Shown here: positions 51,619 to 60,098 of the stretch, piece after piece
Numbering within the stretch: the stretch's first letter is position 1
How the letters are laid out: every line of letters starts with the position of its first letter
Origin: Phycisphaerales bacterium
Lineage (GTDB): Bacteria; Planctomycetota; Phycisphaerae; Phycisphaerales; SM1A02
Length of the DNA stretch: 64,000 bases
Direction: 5' to 3'
Assembly (NCBI GenBank): GCA_009691725.1
Contig: SIAP01000007.1
Coordinates: 11,689 to 75,688 of the forward strand
Position numbers and translations under genes: made by a program
Notes under the pieces: generated by a model
Seen by the model: only the letters and a program-made list of their open reading frames with translations
The model's database searches: none
Told to the model about the DNA's origin: nothing

Positions 51619-53147
51619 GTTCCATTGAAGATCGCGTTTTGGATGGATTGCGCTCTTGGAGACCATTTCGACTGCTCGTGGTCGGCGACTTCATGCTTGA
51701 TCAGGCACTCTGCGGTGATGCGGAACGGTTGAGCCCCGACGCACCCGTTCCGGTGCTTGCGGTCAGCGATCCATCTGCAACTGTTGATACTGCGGGTGGC
51801 GCCGGAAATGTTGCCGTCTTTGCAGCGGCGTTGGGCGCGAGCGTTGCGTGTATCGGCGTGGTGGGCGACGATCATGAAGGGCGGCTCCTGCGCGCTGTCC
51901 TCGAGAAGGGGCGTTGTGACACGAGTGGATTGGCGGTCGATCCAACCCGCCCGACGATCACCAAGAAAAGCCTCATCGGTCGTGCTCAACACCGTCACCC
52001 TCAAAAGATGTTTCGCATTGATGTGGAATCCTCGGCGCCGCTCGATGTTTCAATCAACGCGAGAATCATGCAGTTGGTCGTCGCGAATCTCGATGGCTGC
52101 GACGTGGTCTGCCTTGAGGACTACGCGAAGGGAGTGTGCACGCCTCATCTCTGCGCAGCACTGATCGATCTCTGCCGGGCTCGAAAGATTCCGGTGTTGG
52201 TTGATCCCGCTGCGATCACAGACTACGCACGCTATCGGGGGGCGACCGCGATCACACCAAATCGAACAGAGGCGGCGCGGGCAACAGGTCGCACGATCGA
52301 CCCAACTCGGGTTGTCGAAGAAACGAAGAAAATGTCATCGACACTCCTCGAGCGACTGGACCTCGAGGCGGTGGTCATCACGCTCGATCGATGGGGCGCT
52401 GTTCTTGAGGTGAAGGGGAGCCCGCCAGTGCATGTGCCGACGGTGGCGAGACAGGTGTACGACGTCGCTGGCGCGGGTGACATGGTCTTGGCAGTGCTGG
52501 CGGGTGCAGTGGCCAATGGAATGGAGTGGGAGGAAGGCACTGCGCTGGCGAACATCGCCGCAGGAATGGAAATCGAAGTATTTGGCGTGCGAGCCTTTTC
52601 CATCGCAGAGATTCAAGCACAGGTCATGCGACTCGCGCGCGCCTCAGCAGGAAAGATTCGTTCCCGCGCGGACTTGCTCGTCGAGATTTCTGCGCACAAG
52701 GCAGCGGGTTGTCGGATTGTTCTCACCAACGGGTGCTTCGATGTGCTGCACGCGGGACACGTCGGTTACCTCCGAGAGGCGAAGGGGCTCGGAGACATCC
52801 TGGTGGTTGGAGTGAACTGTGATGCGCAGGTCCGTGCGCTGAAAGGGGCGAATCGTCCGATCTATTCTCAAGAAGATCGGGCGGAGTTGCTCGGCGAATT
52901 GACATCAGTCGACTATGTCACAGTCTTCGACGAACCAACCGCGGCTCAACTCTTGCGTGCAGTCGCGCCAGCTGTCTATGTCAAGGGTGGGGACTACGAG
53001 GGGAAAGAGATAGCGGAATTGGCAGTTGTCAAGGAACTTGGCACAAAAATCTTTTTACTCGGGCATCGCCCAGGGCTTTCAACAACTTCGGTGGTTGAGC
53101 GTGTTCGTGCAGAGTTGGTAGACGGTGGAAATCTTGCCGAATCTTGA
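51615..53147 (+). CDS. hldE: bifunctional D-beta-D-heptose 7-phosphate kinase / heptose 1-phosphate adenylyltransferase
   Basis: N-terminal ribokinase-like domain (DTAGGAGNVA, DVAGAGD) and a C-terminal cytidylyltransferase domain (TNGCFDVLHAGHVGYL). ATG 51615 overlaps the lpxK stop. Confidence 0.93.
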   Translation: MSSIEDRVLDGLRSWRPFRLLVVGDFMLDQALCGDAERLSPDAPVPVLAVSDPSATVDTAGGAGNVAVFAAALGASVACIGVVGDDHEGRLLRAVLEKGRCDTSGLAVDPTRPTITKKSLIGRAQHRHPQKMFRIDVESSAPLDVSINARIMQLVVANLDGCDVVCLEDYAKGVCTPHLCAALIDLCRARKIPVLVDPAAITDYARYRGATAITPNRTEAARATGRTIDPTRVVEETKKMSSTLLERLDLEAVVITLDRWGAVLEVKGSPPVHVPTVARQVYDVAGAGDMVLAVLAGAVANGMEWEEGTALANIAAGMEIEVFGVRAFSIAEIQAQVMRLARASAGKIRSRADLLVEISAHKAAGCRIVLTNGCFDVLHAGHVGYLREAKGLGDILVVGVNCDAQVRALKGANRPIYSQEDRAELLGELTSVDYVTVFDEPTAAQLLRAVAPAVYVKGGDYEGKEIAELAVVKELGTKIFLLGHRPGLSTTSVVERVRAELVDGGNLAES

Positions 53148-53171
53148 CGAGATCTTGTCAGGGTCTTGACT
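53131..53171 (+). repeat. four helically phased copies of (A/G)TCTTGNC
   Basis: atcttgCC at 53131, atcttgAC at 53141, atcttgTC at 53152 and gtcttgAC at 53164, spaced 10, 11 and 12 nt apart. The array spans the hldE stop and the -35 of the downstream promoter candidate. Confidence 0.8.
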
Positions 53172-53193
53172 GCCTCGGGTGTGAGCGTAATAC
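53166..53193 (+). promoter_or_regulatory. candidate sigma-70-like promoter for ihf/hu-dnaB
   Basis: TTGACT (53166-53171), a 16-nt spacer, then TAATAC (53188-53193). Confidence 0.4.
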
Positions 53194-53300
53194 TAGACGA
53201 GTCGTGAGCGAACAGATCCAGCAGAGTCGGACCAACGCGCGCACATTGACTGATCGTCAGTCAGAACTCTTTTCGACAGCACCTACGTATGGGGTATGAG

Positions 53301-53618
53301 ATGCAGACAATTACGAAGAAGGTTTTAGTGGATCGCATCGCAGACAAGACGGGGCAGAAGCGCGGCGATGTGAAGCGTGCTGTGCAACTCTTCCTTGACG
53401 AGATGATCGATGAGCTCACCATCGGCAATCGACTTGAGTTTCGGGACTTTGGAGTCTTCGAAGTTCGCGAGCGCGCCGCGCGCACCGCGCAAAATCCAAA
53501 GACACTCGAACAAGTTGTGGTTCCTGCGCGAAAGGCTGTGCGATTCAAGGTCGGCCGACTGATGCGCGAACGAATCGTGCTCGGCGAGAGCACAGCCAAC
53601 ACTGTCGCGTCGCGGTAA
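53301..53618 (+). CDS. HU/IHF family DNA-binding protein (IHF-beta-like)
   Basis: RLEFRDFGVFEVRERAARTAQNPKTLEQVVVPARKAVRFKVGRLMRE matches the HU/IHF arm. An alternative ATG lies at 53289. The stop overlaps the dnaB ATG (TAATG). Confidence 0.9.
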   Translation: MQTITKKVLVDRIADKTGQKRGDVKRAVQLFLDEMIDELTIGNRLEFRDFGVFEVRERAARTAQNPKTLEQVVVPARKAVRFKVGRLMRERIVLGESTANTVASR

Positions 53619-55111
53619 TGGCCAAAGGCAACCGTCAGTCGAACAGGTTCGGCGAGTTTTCGCCCCGAGTCGATCCTCAAGAAACCGCTCGTTTGCTCAA
53701 GGCGATGCCGCCAAACGCTCCCGAGGCGGAGATGGCGTTGCTTGGAAGCATGTTGATCGAACCTGGGGTGATTGGCGATGTTGTCGGCATCATCCGGAGT
53801 GCGGATGACTTCTTCCTCGACAAACATCGCACGATTTACGCAACCATGGTCGACATTTACGATCGCACCGCGTCGGTCGATGTCGTGCGACTGAATCAGC
53901 AGTTGACCGATCGCCAAGTGCTCGAGGCGGTGGGTGGACTCGATTACCTCGTGCAACTTTCGGAGAGCGTGCCGAGTGCCCAGTTTGCGTGCGAGTACGC
54001 GCGTACCGTGCGGGACAAGGCGACACTGCGGCAACTCATTGATGCGTCGAGTTCGACCGTGCACGATGCGTTTCATTCGACAGAGGATGCACATATCGTC
54101 TTGGAGCTCGCGGAGCAGAAAATCTTTTCGATCGCCCAGCAGCGTGAGTCGACGCCGATGGCAAACCTGTCGGACCTCCTCCGTGAGACGATGGCGCATC
54201 TTGAGGCACGTGATGGGTCTGGTCTGACTGGATTGTCCTGTGGTTTCGAAGATGTCGACGAGATGACCAGCGGACTTCAACGCGGTGAGATGTTGATCCT
54301 TGCGGCGCGTCCATCCATGGGCAAGACGGCACTCGCGTTGAACATGATGGAGGGAGTTGCGTTGACGGGTCAGGCGGTCGCCATGTTTAGCCTCGAAATG
54401 GGTCGGCAACAACTCGTGCAGCGACTGCTCTGCGCGAAGGCTGGAGTCGATGGGCAACGGCTGCGTCGCGGGACGCTGCAGGCCGACGACAATCGGCGAC
54501 TCATGACCGCATGCGATGCGCTGCAGTCATCCAAGATCTTCATCGATGACACGCCCGGACTCTCACTGCTTCAACTTCGATCAAAGGCGCGGCGGATGAA
54601 AGAGAAGTTCGACATCGAGTGCGTGTTCGTCGACTATCTGCAGTTGATGAGTTCAGGATCACGCAGCGAGAGTCGTCAGGTTGAAGTCAGCGACATCAGC
54701 CGCGGGATCAAGGCGATGGCGCGAGAATTGAATGTTCCCGTAGTGTGCCTTTCACAACTCAACCGAGCGGCCGAGCAGCGTGAAGGGCATCGACCACGAA
54801 TGAGCGATCTTCGAGAATCTGGATCGATCGAGCAGGACGCTGACGTCATCCTGATGTTGCACCGCGAGGAGTACTACCACCAAGGCGATCCCGAGTGGAT
54901 GGATACCAATCTCGATAAGGTCGGGACTGGCGAGTTGATCTTTGCGAAGCAGCGCAATGGTCCCACGGGAGTGGTCAAGTTGGTGTGGGATCAGAATTCA
55001 ACTTGCTTCCGCTCATTTTCACCCATCGCGCCTCCTGCGGGGGTGGAGTACCGAAGCTTTGAAGCGCGGACGTCGAGGTACGACTCGAGGTCGGACGACT
55101 TGCCAGACTGA
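53618..55111 (+). CDS. dnaB: replicative DNA helicase DnaB
   Basis: PPNAPEAEMALLGSML N-terminal motif, Walker A ARPSMGKTALALNM, IFIDDTPGLS, and LSQLNRAAEQREGHRPRMSDLRESGSIEQDADVI. No intein. Confidence 0.96.
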   Translation: MAKGNRQSNRFGEFSPRVDPQETARLLKAMPPNAPEAEMALLGSMLIEPGVIGDVVGIIRSADDFFLDKHRTIYATMVDIYDRTASVDVVRLNQQLTDRQVLEAVGGLDYLVQLSESVPSAQFACEYARTVRDKATLRQLIDASSSTVHDAFHSTEDAHIVLELAEQKIFSIAQQRESTPMANLSDLLRETMAHLEARDGSGLTGLSCGFEDVDEMTSGLQRGEMLILAARPSMGKTALALNMMEGVALTGQAVAMFSLEMGRQQLVQRLLCAKAGVDGQRLRRGTLQADDNRRLMTACDALQSSKIFIDDTPGLSLLQLRSKARRMKEKFDIECVFVDYLQLMSSGSRSESRQVEVSDISRGIKAMARELNVPVVCLSQLNRAAEQREGHRPRMSDLRESGSIEQDADVILMLHREEYYHQGDPEWMDTNLDKVGTGELIFAKQRNGPTGVVKLVWDQNSTCFRSFSPIAPPAGVEYRSFEARTSRYDSRSDDLPD

Positions 55112-55152
55112 TGGATGCCAAGGGTGATCTGCGCCCGTAGACTTGCAGCGCG

Positions 55153-55749
55153 ATGACAGATGGTCAGGACGACCCAGATCCGAAGAACACGGAGATTGCG
55201 CGTTGGCTTGCTGAGGCTGTGAGAGGCGACGAGCGAGCATGGTGCTCTCTTGTTCACGAGTTTTCACCGCGAGTCTTTGGCTTTCTCAAGTCTCAATGCA
55301 ATGACGGCGACCTCGCGGAGGAATTGACGCAGTCTGTGTTTGTAACGATGGCCGAGAAGTTGCGCGGTTATTCCGAGCGCGGTCAGTTTGAATCTTGGAT
55401 CTTCCGGGTTGCGATCAATCGACTGCGCGACGAACTTCGAAGGCGCACTCGCCACGCCAAGCCAACGGCGCAAGAAAAGCTGGAGGAGATTGGGGGAAAC
55501 GAGAGTAGCAGTGGGGGCGCAAGTTATCGGACGACCAATCCAGACGAACTCGCCCTACTTGATCGTGCGATGGACGAGCTCTCGAGATCTGATCGAGAAA
55601 TCGTCGATTTGAGACACACTGCGGAGCTCTCGTTCAAGCACATTTCCGCACTCTTGGACGAGCCGGTCGGAACGCTGCTCGCGCGACATCACCGGGCGCT
55701 CGCACGGCTCCGAGCATCGATCGAAAGACTCTCCAAGGGAAGCCAATAA
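55153..55749 (+). CDS. ECF-type RNA polymerase sigma factor (sigma-24 family)
   Basis: 198-aa ORF. Region 2 (DLAEELTQSVFVTMAEKLRGYSERGQFESWIFRVAINRLRD) and region 4 (REIVDLRHTAELSFKHISALLDEPVGTLLARHHRALARLR). Confidence 0.9.
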   Translation: MTDGQDDPDPKNTEIARWLAEAVRGDERAWCSLVHEFSPRVFGFLKSQCNDGDLAEELTQSVFVTMAEKLRGYSERGQFESWIFRVAINRLRDELRRRTRHAKPTAQEKLEEIGGNESSSGGASYRTTNPDELALLDRAMDELSRSDREIVDLRHTAELSFKHISALLDEPVGTLLARHHRALARLRASIERLSKGSQ

Positions 55750-55790
55750 TTCGTGCAATCCACGAGCCACCACATCGTTCCAACCTGCGC

Positions 55791-56369
55791 ATGACAACGG
55801 ACCAAACGCCCTCCTTTGACGAATCAGATCCCGATGGAGTTTCATCTGGATTTCCTGCTGATTCCACGGGAAATGATCCGTCGAGAATCGAGTCGGGTGA
55901 TTATGCGTTGGAGACACAGTTGAACGCACGTGGTGCACGATTGCGCAGTTGCGCCGGACTGCCAGAACGAGTGGCGGCGGCGACGTTCGATCTGATCGGG
56001 ACACCAGCATCTCTGTCGGCGTCAATGTCGCGCATGTCGCGCATGTCTCTCTCTCCCGCTTCCTGGCGCGCCCGTGGCGGAGCGGGACTGGCGGTCGCGG
56101 CATCACTTGTCGCAGCGCTGTTGTTGTGGAATGTTCCGACACCTCTGGCTGAACCTGTGGTGGTCGTCTTCGCTGACTGCGGTGGGACGAGTTCCGAACC
56201 AGTTCTGGTGTCGCTGCTCGCTGGCAGCGAATGCATTTCATCGGACACGGCGGAGGAATTCGTGATCGATCACGCGAGCGCGATGCCAATTCTCCGAGCA
56301 CGTGATGCTTCGTTTGGCGATCTCAATTCCGAAGTGCAACTCATTCTCGCTTCGGCGGGTGGACAATGA
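55791..56369 (+). CDS. putative anti-sigma factor / single-pass membrane protein
   Basis: 192-aa ORF directly after the ECF sigma gene. Central TM (GAGLAVAASLVAALLLW). No zf-HC2 motif seen, so the call rests on position only. Contains a MSRMSRMSL 9-bp repeat. Confidence 0.4.
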   Translation: MTTDQTPSFDESDPDGVSSGFPADSTGNDPSRIESGDYALETQLNARGARLRSCAGLPERVAAATFDLIGTPASLSASMSRMSRMSLSPASWRARGGAGLAVAASLVAALLLWNVPTPLAEPVVVVFADCGGTSSEPVLVSLLAGSECISSDTAEEFVIDHASAMPILRARDASFGDLNSEVQLILASAGGQ

Positions 56370-57118
56370 TTTCCACCTCGGCGATCGCATCGCTCCTGAT
56401 GGTGTTCTCGGTTGACACGCACCCCCTCGCCTTCCATTGGGGTGCGCCATCAGCAGCAGTAGTCGCAACTGGCCTCGCAACTGGCCTCGCAACTGGCCTC
56501 GCAACTGGCGCGTCTGCAGCAGAACCAACGGAGGCGATCCTCTCAACGCAGACGATGCTGCGTTCCACTGGTCCCGATGCCGATGCGCTTATCGCAGTTG
56601 CCCGTGATGTTTCTCCCCAGTGGGCGAAGACCCTCGAAGATGCGCGGGCAAAGGATCCCGCAACCTTCCGCGCGGCGGCTGCCAAGATGGGGAAGAGGCT
56701 CGCATCACTCGCCGTACTTCGGGAGCGCAAGCCTGCGCTCTACGCGCTCCGTGTTGAAGAACTCAGAGTTCAGGGACAATTGGAGGGGCTTTCGCAACTG
56801 TGGATGAGCGCGAGACTTGGGAATCGCGTGGAGGAGGCTGCGCAATTGGAAGCGCAAATCCGAGGGCTTGCGGGGACGCTTGTCGATCTCAATCTGCGGT
56901 CCCGTGCAATGGAATTGGCAGAAATCGATGCGGTGATGCGCACGATGCGCAGCGACCTCGAGCGCGATGCTCGTGCACGCAACGAGTCTGTGGAGCAATT
57001 GGTCGAGGCGTCTCGCGAAGGGGCGCAGTTGCCCGTGTTGGGTGGACGAACGCCGGTCGAAGCAGCGCAGCCAATTGCACCGGCCACCCCGGATGCCAAT
57101 ACTCCTAAAACTCCGTGA
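56366..57118 (+). CDS. secreted/periplasmic helical protein of unknown function
   Basis: 250-aa ORF. ATGA overlap with the upstream gene and GTGA overlap with the downstream permease. Hydrophobic N-terminus, (ATGL)x3, then a long helical Ala/Arg/Glu-rich region. Confidence 0.55.
   Translation: MISTSAIASLLMVFSVDTHPLAFHWGAPSAAVVATGLATGLATGLATGASAAEPTEAILSTQTMLRSTGPDADALIAVARDVSPQWAKTLEDARAKDPATFRAAAAKMGKRLASLAVLRERKPALYALRVEELRVQGQLEGLSQLWMSARLGNRVEEAAQLEAQIRGLAGTLVDLNLRSRAMELAEIDAVMRTMRSDLERDARARNESVEQLVEASREGAQLPVLGGRTPVEAAQPIAPATPDANTPKTP
56465..56509. repeat. 12-bp tandem repeat, 3.75 copies (gcaactggcctc)
   Basis: Read directly. Encodes ATGLATGLATGLATG. Confidence 0.9.
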
Positions 57119-58128
57119 GAAATCGTCCGCTGCGGAATACTCACTCCGTGCGAATCTCACCAAATCTGATTGGCGCACTCTTGCTGGGGGGAATACTGCT
57201 GTGCTGCATTGGATCTCTACCGTGGACCATGGCGCGCGTCGATCGGAGTGGGAGTGCTCCAACGCGCCGCTTCGAAGCTGGAAATCTTGAGCTCTCATTG
57301 CTCGCACCATCATGGTGGAATGATTCCGAAAATCTGCGCAGTCGGATTGAGTCACAGCGAGCCACTGGGGCGTATGTCCCGACGCGTGTGTTCGGTACTG
57401 ATCGCCTTGGTCGCGATGTCTTCGCACGATGCCTGATGGGCGGTGCGGTCAGCTTGTTGATCGGTCTCAGTGCAGCGATGATTGCAGTCGGCTTCGGAAC
57501 GCTCTACGGCACGACAAGTGCTGCGTGCGGTGGGCGTATCGACAATGGCATGATGCGGGCAGTCGATGTCATGTACGGACTGCCGTCGATGCTGCTCGTG
57601 GTGATGTTTGCAGTGGCCGCGGAGGGAATCCTTGACCGACTCGGCGTTGAGCGCGTGGGCGGAGGACACCAAGCGTTTGATGTCGCCATTCTGTTTCTCG
57701 CCATTGGAGCAACGAGTTGGCTGACGGTCGCACGAGTGATCCGCGGCCAGGTGCTGAGTTTGCGCGGTCAGTTGTTTATGGAGTCCTGCCGCGCAGTCGG
57801 AGTTGGTCCATGGCGACAGTTTCGGTTGCACTATCTGCCCAATGTGGTTGGACCGATTGCGGTCTATGCAGCGCTTGCGGTGCCCGCGGCGATTCTCTCG
57901 GAGAGTTTCTTGAGTTTCCTGGGGATTGGAGTGCGAGAACCGTTGCCATCATGGGGGAATCTTGCGGCAGACGGACTCTCTGAAGTCAACACGATTCGCA
58001 GTCGATGGTGGCTTCTCGGATGGCCCTGCGTGTTGATCGCAACCACGCTCTTCGCGCTCAATTTCGTCGGTGATGCGCTGCGCGCTGCGGTCGATCCTGC
58101 CGCGCGCGGGCGCACCACGAGCGCGTGA
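57115..58128 (+). CDS. ABC peptide-type transporter permease (OppC/DppC-like), copy 1
   Basis: FGTDRLGRDVFARCLMGG, an OppC N-terminal signature. Six TM segments and an EAA-like loop (FMESCRAVGVGPWRQFRLHYLPNV). Confidence 0.85.
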   Translation: MRNRPLRNTHSVRISPNLIGALLLGGILLCCIGSLPWTMARVDRSGSAPTRRFEAGNLELSLLAPSWWNDSENLRSRIESQRATGAYVPTRVFGTDRLGRDVFARCLMGGAVSLLIGLSAAMIAVGFGTLYGTTSAACGGRIDNGMMRAVDVMYGLPSMLLVVMFAVAAEGILDRLGVERVGGGHQAFDVAILFLAIGATSWLTVARVIRGQVLSLRGQLFMESCRAVGVGPWRQFRLHYLPNVVGPIAVYAALAVPAAILSESFLSFLGIGVREPLPSWGNLAADGLSEVNTIRSRWWLLGWPCVLIATTLFALNFVGDALRAAVDPAARGRTTSA

Positions 58129-60083
58129 TACGATCCAAGATTCTTATGCAAAACAGATTTGGAATCAAAGACTTCGTCGTCATTCTCTTGTTGCTCGCGA
58201 TCCTTTCGACCCTGTGGCTCTCGATGATTCAGCGAGATCGGCAATGGCCTGTACTCCAGTCGCTGCTCGAGCAAGGGCGCAACATCGAATCGCGAATGTC
58301 CTTCATTGAGACGCGACTGCAATCAGGCGGGGCGTTTGCTCCAACGGGAAATGCGCTGAGCGGCGCGGTTGGCGTGGTGCCCGCCGTGACTCGCGATGAG
58401 TCGTGGGCTCGCGCTGGAATCTCCATCGCGTGGCAACCGGAGCCTGCATTCCCAAACGACCCAACTCAGTTGCCTGGGTATCGCTCCGGCGGAGAATTTG
58501 TTGAAATCTTTGAAGGGCAGCCACAGAAGGTGACTCCGTACCTGTACGCAGATGTCTACGGATCGCGCGTCGTAGACCGAGTGAGTGAATCGCTTGCGAC
58601 CTTTGACCCAAAGACGATGAAGTTGGTTGGTTCGCTCTCTGATGCGTGGCAGATCGATCCAGATGGGTTGTGGATTCGCGCACACATCAATCCAAAGGCG
58701 CGGTTCAGTGATCGCAGCTCGGTGACGGCGGAGGATGTCCGCTGGACCTACATGGATTTCATCATGAACACGTCGATCGACGCGGACCGAACGCGTTCGA
58801 CACTCGCCGATGTGCTGGCGGATGTCAAGGTGATCGATCCACTCACCATCGAGTTCCATTTCAAGGATTCGCTCTTCACAAACATCTTGGCGGCGATGGG
58901 GAACCCAATTCTTCCGAAGCACTTTTATGCGCAGTTTGAACCATCGCAAGTCAATCAGTCGACGGGGCTCTTGATGGGCTCTGGTCCGTTCATGATGGAA
59001 CGACTCCCGACTGGCGCGGCGGATTTGGCCAGTCAATGGACTCCTGGAACGGACATCGTCATCGTGCGCAACCCAAACTGGTGGTGCGGTCGCGCTCCGT
59101 TGGATCAGCAGCGCTTTCGAACGATCAAGGATGATCTGGCACGACTGGTCGCCTTTCGCAACAACGAAGCCTCGATGGTTCTGCCGACATCGCCGCAGTT
59201 CAATACGGTTCTGCGTGATGAACCCGAATTCGAAAAGAACAACTACGCATTGAAGTGGGTGAACATGCGCAGCGGTTATTCATTCATCGCCTGGCAATGC
59301 GGACCGCGTGGTGAAACAGGACGATTGACTCCATTCACGGATGCTCGTGTGCGACAGGCGATGACGTTGCTGCTGGACCGCGAGAAAATGATTCGGGATA
59401 TCTGGGATGGGATTGGCACGGTTTCGAAGGGACCATTCAACCCCGAGAGTCCGGCGGCCAACGCGGCGCTCTCTCCGATGCCGTTCAATCCGGATGCCGC
59501 GATGGTGTTGTTGAAAGAAGCTGGGTGGGAGGATCGCAACCGTGACGGCATTCTGGAAAATGCGGCAGGGGAAAAGTTTGAGTTTGAATACACCTACGCC
59601 ACTGGCGGAGAAATTGGCGAACGAATTGCACGGTTCACGCAGGATTCCTACAAGAAGGCTGGAATCGTGATGACGACGCGACCCATCGATTGGAGTCGGT
59701 ATCAGGACATCATCAAGTCGCGCGACTTCGATGCGCTGACGATGGCGTGGAGTGCCTCTGCACCAGAGAGTGACCCCAAACAGATCTATCACTCCGAGAG
59801 CATGGCCAAGGGCCGGGACAACTTCACACAGTGGTCCAGCCCAGCAGCAGACTCCCTGATCGAGCAGGGGAGGCGCACCATGGACGAGCAATCGCGCATG
59901 TTGATTTGGCATCAACTCGAGGCAGTCATCGCCAAGGAGCAGCCCTACACATTCATTCGCGTGGCTCCGTGGCTTCGATTCATCAAGCGAGACTTCGGCA
60001 ATGTGCGCATGTACAAGACTGGGCTCTCGCCAGAAGAGTTCTTCGTTCCTTCGCCATCAGCAACGCTTCAGCCCGCCTCTTGA
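58125..60083 (+). CDS. ABC transporter substrate-binding protein, family 5 (OppA/DppA-like), N-terminally anchored
   Basis: 652-aa ORF. TM (FVVILLLLAILSTLWL), a helical segment, then an SBP_bac_5-like body (VTAEDVRWTY, FIAWQCG, PFNPDAAMVLLKEAGW). GTG 58125 or ATG 58146. Confidence 0.85.
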   Translation: MIRSKILMQNRFGIKDFVVILLLLAILSTLWLSMIQRDRQWPVLQSLLEQGRNIESRMSFIETRLQSGGAFAPTGNALSGAVGVVPAVTRDESWARAGISIAWQPEPAFPNDPTQLPGYRSGGEFVEIFEGQPQKVTPYLYADVYGSRVVDRVSESLATFDPKTMKLVGSLSDAWQIDPDGLWIRAHINPKARFSDRSSVTAEDVRWTYMDFIMNTSIDADRTRSTLADVLADVKVIDPLTIEFHFKDSLFTNILAAMGNPILPKHFYAQFEPSQVNQSTGLLMGSGPFMMERLPTGAADLASQWTPGTDIVIVRNPNWWCGRAPLDQQRFRTIKDDLARLVAFRNNEASMVLPTSPQFNTVLRDEPEFEKNNYALKWVNMRSGYSFIAWQCGPRGETGRLTPFTDARVRQAMTLLLDREKMIRDIWDGIGTVSKGPFNPESPAANAALSPMPFNPDAAMVLLKEAGWEDRNRDGILENAAGEKFEFEYTYATGGEIGERIARFTQDSYKKAGIVMTTRPIDWSRYQDIIKSRDFDALTMAWSASAPESDPKQIYHSESMAKGRDNFTQWSSPAADSLIEQGRRTMDEQSRMLIWHQLEAVIAKEQPYTFIRVAPWLRFIKRDFGNVRMYKTGLSPEEFFVPSPSATLQPAS

Positions 60084-60098
60084 TTCTGCACGAAACTC

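Noticed and set aside
53261-54457. 398-aa minus-strand ORF opposite ihf/hu and dnaB
   Set aside because: An antisense shadow ORF. DnaB and HU/IHF motifs on the plus strand are unambiguous.
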